Shown here piece after piece: positions 56,699 to 64,000 of a stretch of 64,000 nucleotides of DNA. The stretch lies in NCBI RefSeq assembly GCF_009914755.1, contig NC_060926.1; one strand, written 5' to 3'. The notes under the pieces were generated by a model that was not told the origin of the DNA, did no database searches, and was given only the letters and a program-made list of their open reading frames with translations. The number at the start of each line of letters is the position of its first letter. Position 1 is the first letter of the stretch. This stretch comes from the human T2T-CHM13v2.0 reference genome, Homo sapiens. Made by a program: the position numbers and the translations under genes.

Positions 56699-59600
56699 GC
56701 TCTCAGTTCCTTGATTCCTCATGCATGACAATTATTTCCTTTATTTCATCTCAGTTACACATCCTGTCACAAAACCCTGGATCTCTATCATCATCAAAAG
56801 ACACTGTATGAAACACTTCAATGTCTAACCCCGACTCTGTGATCACCGCTCCTAATCTTCCTAGTCGCATACTAAGTGGTATTTTAACTACTCCTCACCC
56901 TCACAGAGGCATCCAATCCACTCACTCCATTTTGTTCACTTTCCATTTCCCCTCAAAGTCCCTCATTCCTTCTATCAGCTTAAACTGCCTGGTTCATGGC
57001 TTTAAAAGGGTTTCTTAATCCCTGCCTCTTTCCCTTTATCGCACTCATCCAGCAAATCATACCCTAACCAGTCAAACCCAGCTATGATCCCTGAACACAA
57101 GCTATGAAGTCACTGAAGATATGCCACAAAACCAAGCTGACAGTTCCCATTTTAATTTCAAAACCTCAACACTGCTTGAATCCTCATTCAAATGAACCAA
57201 ATGCAAAAAAAAAAAAAAAAAAAAAAGCACCAGGAAAATCTGAAGATGAAGTATCAGATGTTATTAGGGAATTACTATTAATTTTGTTAGAAATAATCAT
57301 ATCATTGTGGTTATAGTTTCTTAAGTCCTTCTTAGACACACATATCTAAATATTTATGGGTGAAATAAGATATACGGGCTTTGCTTTAAAATATTTAGTG
57401 AAAGAGAGAAGGCAAGAGTAGAAACATGGAGAATAAAAGACACACAACTGGCGCATGCTGAAAATGGTTGGTGCTGAGCAATGGGCACATCGGGCTCATC
57501 ACACCACTCTTCTCTCTACTTCTTTGACTGACTGAAGTTCTTTATAATAAAAACCTAAAAAATTGTCAAACTCAAGACAACACAATTCAAATAGATAATT
57601 AGTGCTGTTCATCAACGCTACTACATTTCCCTAAGAAGTTTTATTTCCTAGTCTCTGTTAGGAACTTTTCCACAACTCTCATTCTTTCCAGACTTCCAAC
57701 ACACTATTTCTCAGCCCCTATTCTCAGCTGAAAACCTTGCCTTTTTTGGACACTATTAGATGAGAAATCCCTCATTTTTCCAACCCACCAAAACTACACA
57801 CCTACCTGCATCTGTAATAAGATTTTCCTTCCTCCCAGTTACAGCAGAAAGAAACATATCTCTGCTCCTAAAAAGCCTCAAAATCCCACCCATGCCCTGG
57901 ATCCCATTTCTACTCCACTTCTATAATCATGCAAGTATCCCCTCTTTCTTCTGTTCCATAAAGTCCTCCTCACCCTCTACTACTTCATTCCCATTAATAT
58001 AAAAACAATACTTCTTCCTTCTATTCTAAACACCTGCTCTAGACACCACCATCTTCTCTGCCCCTCTTCACAGTAAAACTTCTTGAAAGGGCTACCCCCA
58101 GCCACAGTCTCCTCTCCTCTCCTTCACTTTTTGTTATTTCCTAAACTTGCCCAACCTCTGACAAAAATTCAATTCAACTACTTACATGGCAGGAGACCTT
58201 TCCAAACATCACCACAAACTATTCTAACCATACTTCCCACCTTTGTTCTGTGCCACCCCTCACGCTCCCCATCCTGTACCCTGACTAGCTTACTTACTCA
58301 ACAGCATGACACTTGCTTTCATGCCGCTGGGCCTTTACATGGCACACTGATTATCAGCATGGGCTACTCGTCAGAGAGACCTGATTACGAGCCCTTGCTT
58401 CCTATTTATTTGGACAAATTACTTACCTTCTCTAAGCCTCAGTTTTCATACCCATAAAATGGAGAGAAGATGATAGTACCCATCTCATAAGACAATGGCT
58501 GACAAATAGTTAAGTCCTCAAAAAAATGTGTTGGTATTTCTTAAGGGTATTCTCCTACCTACTGGTTCTTGCAACAAATATTTACTGACCTCTTCAATGA
58601 GCCAGGAACCGTTCAGAGCTCAGAGACACAGCAGCAAACAAGACAAATCTCTAACTGTATGGAGACTCCATTCTAATGTCCCCCTTATGGTACTCCCTAG
58701 TCCCTGAAATCTGCCTGCCTTTTGTGAAAGGCCAGCTATTACTTCCTATGTGGAGTCTTCTCAGACATCCCCAGGAAGAATTTGACATTCTTCTTCATTA
58801 TGTTTTCTCATCAATTCTCCATACCTTTCTTATCAGCATTTAATGCCTATACAATGTGAACTCCATGAAGCCCATTCCTTGTTCCTTTCTCTACCTCTAG
58901 CAATGGCACAATATCTTGCGTTTAGGAGGCATTCATGTCAAATCTAAATGAATTCATTTTTATCTCATTTATCACAGTATTAATAAAAGAAGCCATGTCC
59001 TGTGATTAAAATGCAATGCCTATCTCTACTACTATCTAATGGTTAGCTATTATATCTGAATATTTTCATTACTAAGTTTTAACAGTGAAATTCATCAAAT
59101 TCACCTACTTTTCAAGAACTTTGCTGAATTCTCTAAAAAAAAGTAAGCTCAACAAATACTTTAAATGTTACTGTTACAGTATAATAATAAATATACTTAC
59201 TACTATCATATAGGGAATAGCAATTTAAAAATTAAAAAATAATGAAAAAAATTAACTGGATAGTCAAACTGAACATTTTAGGCACTTTTTAAAAAAGATA
59301 TCATTAGAGAAACTAAGGCTAAGTATAAAAATAATAAATTGTATCTGTACAGACTTCTGCAATATATTACCTCAAAACATCACAGAACTCAGGCATATCA
59401 ACATGACGTGTTTTAAAGTAATGTGATCATCCAATAGCCAAACTAATTGTATCTATCAATAAAACTACTAAGAGTGTTTTGTAACTTGTTTGTAATGATA
59501 AATGGTAATGATATAGTCATTACCAATGTTTTTTTAATAACCACAGCCCTCTTTCAGTATTTGTTTAAAAACATTTCAATTATATTAGCAGGGTGGGGGA

Positions 59601-60076
59601 ATCGAAGGCTTTTGGATTTGCCTGCATGGTCAGACGTTCTTGGGACCAGCATTACATTATCAGATGTGACATACAGTGCCTACTGTGTGCCAGTGCCAAG
59701 AGCTGAGAGGCACACACACAAAAGGGAGGCAGAACACAGACTAAGAAAGTAACCTCCAAGTGAAGTCAAACTTCAATAATGAAAAACTTACCTTAAAATC
59801 TGGAGAACTTCAGCTATAAGAGTCATGTGAAAAAGCAACCTAACCTACGTATTACTGAAATGTGGCTGACTTCCACTTACGCTTTTAACAATATCTAAGT
59901 TGGTCTTAAACTACGGAGTGCTACTGAAATGCCCAACATGGGGACATCTATGTTTGTGTCCCTGAAGACCCAAATGTGAAGTATACTGTTTTTAAGCTCA
60001 AATAATCTAACTTCAGCCCTAATTAGGATCAAAGGTGAATCAACTAAATTCAACCCACTAACAAATAATTAAAATA

Positions 60077-60402
<326 letters not shown>

Positions 60403-60751
60403 TCACATTAAAACCTAGTATATACTGAAATCTGGTATGGAAAAAAGTTATGTGCCATTATCTTAAAATCAAAATATAAAAGTAAATGAAAAAGATTATA
60501 AATCTAGAAAACACAAATGCACTGAAATGGCTAAGGCACTTCTATTCCCTAGTCTAACAAAACAACTTCTGGCTTTCACAATCTCTAATTTTTACCAAAA
60601 CTAGTATATAAGAGAACTTGCTTCTATAAGAAATTAATTTTTCCCAGAAAAATAGTTCTAAAGACCAAGAATATCCGATATTAGGGCAGCCATAGCATTT
60701 ATAATGACAGATCAAATGAACATAATTGGTTTGACAAAAATTATTCATTAC

Positions 60752-60830
60752 CTCATATGTTGCAAGTCGATCTAAGTAGGTTAATAACTTCCGTCTACAA
60801 CGGCAAAGTTCCTTTTGTTCCAGTGTCAAC
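60752..60830 (-). CDS. NBAS: NBAS coding exon (exon 19), 79 bp, phase 2 to 0
   Basis: caaaacag|GTTGACACTG...ACATATGAG|gtaatg; (K)LTLEQKELCRCRRKLLTYLDRLATYE. Confidence 0.96.
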
Positions 60831-61086
60831 CTGTTTTGAATAACTATGTTAGGCCACTTATATTTACACAGAATTATTTCTCTAGGAGTTATAATGAAAA
60901 TGATTAATATTCCGTTGAGCCCAAAACTCATGAAACAGTTCAGAAAAGCACAAGGGTAAGATAATAGTAAGTACATTTGATCTAAGTTGCTAAAATAATT
61001 TGGACTAATTATTACTAGTAAGGAACACACTGAAATGATTAGTTATTTTAAAGAAACTATCAAATGAACAGTAACAACTCATTTAC

Positions 61087-61227
61087 TTGGAAAAGTTCAC
61101 TAATTTCAGTAGTTCTTGTCTCTTCTTGAGCTCCTTTTCCCTTTTATTCTTGGCAGGCTCTTCATCAGGTGGTGAAAGCTCTTCATAGGAGATACTGTCA
61201 ATGTCTATTTCACCAGGTAATGTAAAT
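61087..61227 (-). CDS. NBAS: NBAS coding exon (exon 18), 141 bp, phase 2 to 2
   Basis: ttgcag|ATTTACATTA...TTTTCCAA|gtaaat; (R)FTLPGEIDIDSISYEELSPPDEEPAKNKREKELKKRQELLKLVNFS(K); not in the ORF track, frame continues from the previous exon. Confidence 0.96.
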
Positions 61228-61808
61228 CTGCAAGTATAAAAGAACAAATATATTTTCATCATTTTTAAAAACTTCGTGTTGTGAAAAGCTTTCTCCTATT
61301 TTGACTGATTTAATTATTGATTTCCACAAAAACAGAAGAAAGTATTTGAAAAAAACTTTTGCCATTGTAAACAAAGTGATCATTCATTATATCCACAGAT
61401 GGGCAAAAAGTCATCAGTAATTATTACAAATAGAAATCTAAAAATCAAGAAAATGAAAACTATTTAGGAAGAGATGTGGGGTTACATTCACTCAATGTAA
61501 AGCAGCCTGTGCTGAAAATGTCCACAGAGTTTGCTATTTGAATCACTTCTACTTAAGGTCTTCAAATGGTAATAAGTGTCAGTCTCATTTTAATTATTTA
61601 CTTCTCAGATATACTCTCATATTTATATTTTTTAAAAAGTTCCAAATGCCTGATGAGCAATGACTTCAGGTAAGACAGTATTGATCAAAAGCAACTGCTT
61701 CAGTACAGAATAACTTAAATAAAGAAAAGTTTACCCAGTCCAATGTCTCAGTACAAAAGTTTTCACAAAGTCACCTTTACTTTGAATCCAATTCTTTCTG
61801 TAACCAAC

Positions 61809-61960
61809 CTGCCATCATCTGCTCCTTTCCCTATTGCTAAAAGAGCCTCCAGGTCTGTGCCTTTTAATCCATACTGAAGCAGTTCTTTTGCAGCATCCAC
61901 ATTTTCAGGAACTCTTTCCAAACACTCATGGAGAACCCAGGATCGCTTCTTTATTTTACT
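61809..61960 (-). CDS. NBAS: NBAS coding exon (exon 17 by recalled numbering), 152 bp, phase 0 to 2
   Basis: Minus strand ttatatgcag|AGTAAAATAAAG...GATGGCAG|gttggt; encodes SKIKKRSWVLHECLERVPENVDAAKELLQYGLKGTDLEALLAIGKGADDG(R), recognised NBAS sequence. Confidence 0.97.
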
Positions 61961-62470
61961 CTGCATATAAAGGAAGAAACAGAGGAATTACAGAATCCAT
62001 GACATCTTACAACACATTACAACTGCCTTCAGAATTGTAAAGCTATACCTGATGTATTACAGCTATTTAGGACCTTGGCCATAGGGAGCTGCTAGAGGAA
62101 CTCAAGAGAAAAGCAGCCAGTTGCCTAATGGTGACTACAACTGGATGCGGGGAGTGTGAGTTGACCTGCTTGCTTTCTTCCTCTAATGAGCTACGCAGAA
62201 ACAGAAAGCTCAGGACTCATTTTTGGAAATATAAAATGTTTCCTCCTAACTTTTATAAATGCCTTTGGTTTGCACCGTGGCTGTATAATAGAGCAGACAA
62301 TAAGGCAGAAAGGCAAGATATATTCTGTCATAATTAATAAGCATGTTTAACTTTTAAACAAAACAAATGAGCCCATCAAATTTCTGTATTTATTTGACCA
62401 TGAGATATATCCCAGGGTGTGAATAACTTGATCATAAAAAGTCATGATATGCTGTTTTTTGGAAAGATCA

Positions 62471-63440
<970 letters not shown>

Positions 63441-64000
63441 AAAATCCCTGACTTGCCCTCTTCCTAGAAAGAGCTATTATGGTTATAAATTTTAATTAAG
63501 ATTTGACTCATTCCCTAGGATCCTTTATATATTGCCTCACATCAGTTCTTTCTTCAAATGTCTCTTAATTCACTTTCCCTTTTCCACAGCTGCGGCCTCC
63601 ATACCAGTCTAAATCATCAACACAAAACATCTAGCACACTGTAGGAGTCCCCTGCCCCAAGCAAGGTTTCCTACCTTCCTTCCACTCCAATTCTCTCTAC
63701 ACCATCTTCCTCTGCTTCCACAGTCAGAAATCCACAACAGTAGATAAATGCCTAAGTCATCAGAAGCTTTCCACATCCTCCTGAACTCAAATCAATATAT
63801 CTTTTCAATCATGTTTCCCAGTGTTCACTATTGTCAAATATCAGTGCCAGCAAACTGGTTGATGTACAGAGCTCATTTATCCATAAAATGTTTACTGGGC
63901 ACCTACTGCACACCAGCCACTGAACTAGACATGGAAATATAGCAGTGAATAACACAGATTTAGTCACTGGCCTCATAAATCATGCTCAGTGTCTTTTAAT

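Noticed and set aside
60554-61030. 158-aa ORF and similar ORFs spanning NBAS exons as separate genes
   Set aside because: They are exon frames extending into intron; splice sites define the true coding parts
60831-61086. U12-type intron suggested by CCTAAC near a pyrimidine-poor acceptor
   Set aside because: Donor is GTAAAT, not the U12 GTATCCT consensus

Overview
Primate genomic DNA, most likely human, from the interior of NBAS (neuroblastoma amplified sequence; NRZ ER-Golgi tethering subunit and ER-associated NMD factor) on the minus strand. Nine GT-AG coding exons (152, 141, 79, 105, 137, 84, 154, 186 and 174 bp; exons 17-25 and about aa 576-979 by recalled numbering) splice into one uninterrupted frame. 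The rest is intron, including a 33.4 kb intron (21179-54616), filled with about 18 Alu-family elements, L1/L2/MIR relics, MaLR/ERV LTRs and DNA transposons. Highlights: (1) a full-length but dead L1PA3, antisense to the gene, whose intact ORF0 has a phase-2 donor in frame with the next NBAS exon; (2) an 86-nt PTC-containing pseudo-exon and several candidate poison microexons in an NMD-factor gene; (3) inverted Alus bracketing the two phase-0 exons 24-25 (360 nt), predicting skipping or a stop-free circRNA; (4) a decayed ATP6V1G1 processed pseudogene; (5) a twin-primed L1PA5-like insertion with a ~2.3 kb gap; (6) a 56-bp TSD-flanked micro-retrocopy of unknown source. No prokaryotic features. 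Exon numbers, repeat subfamilies and literature links are from memory and were not checked against databases.
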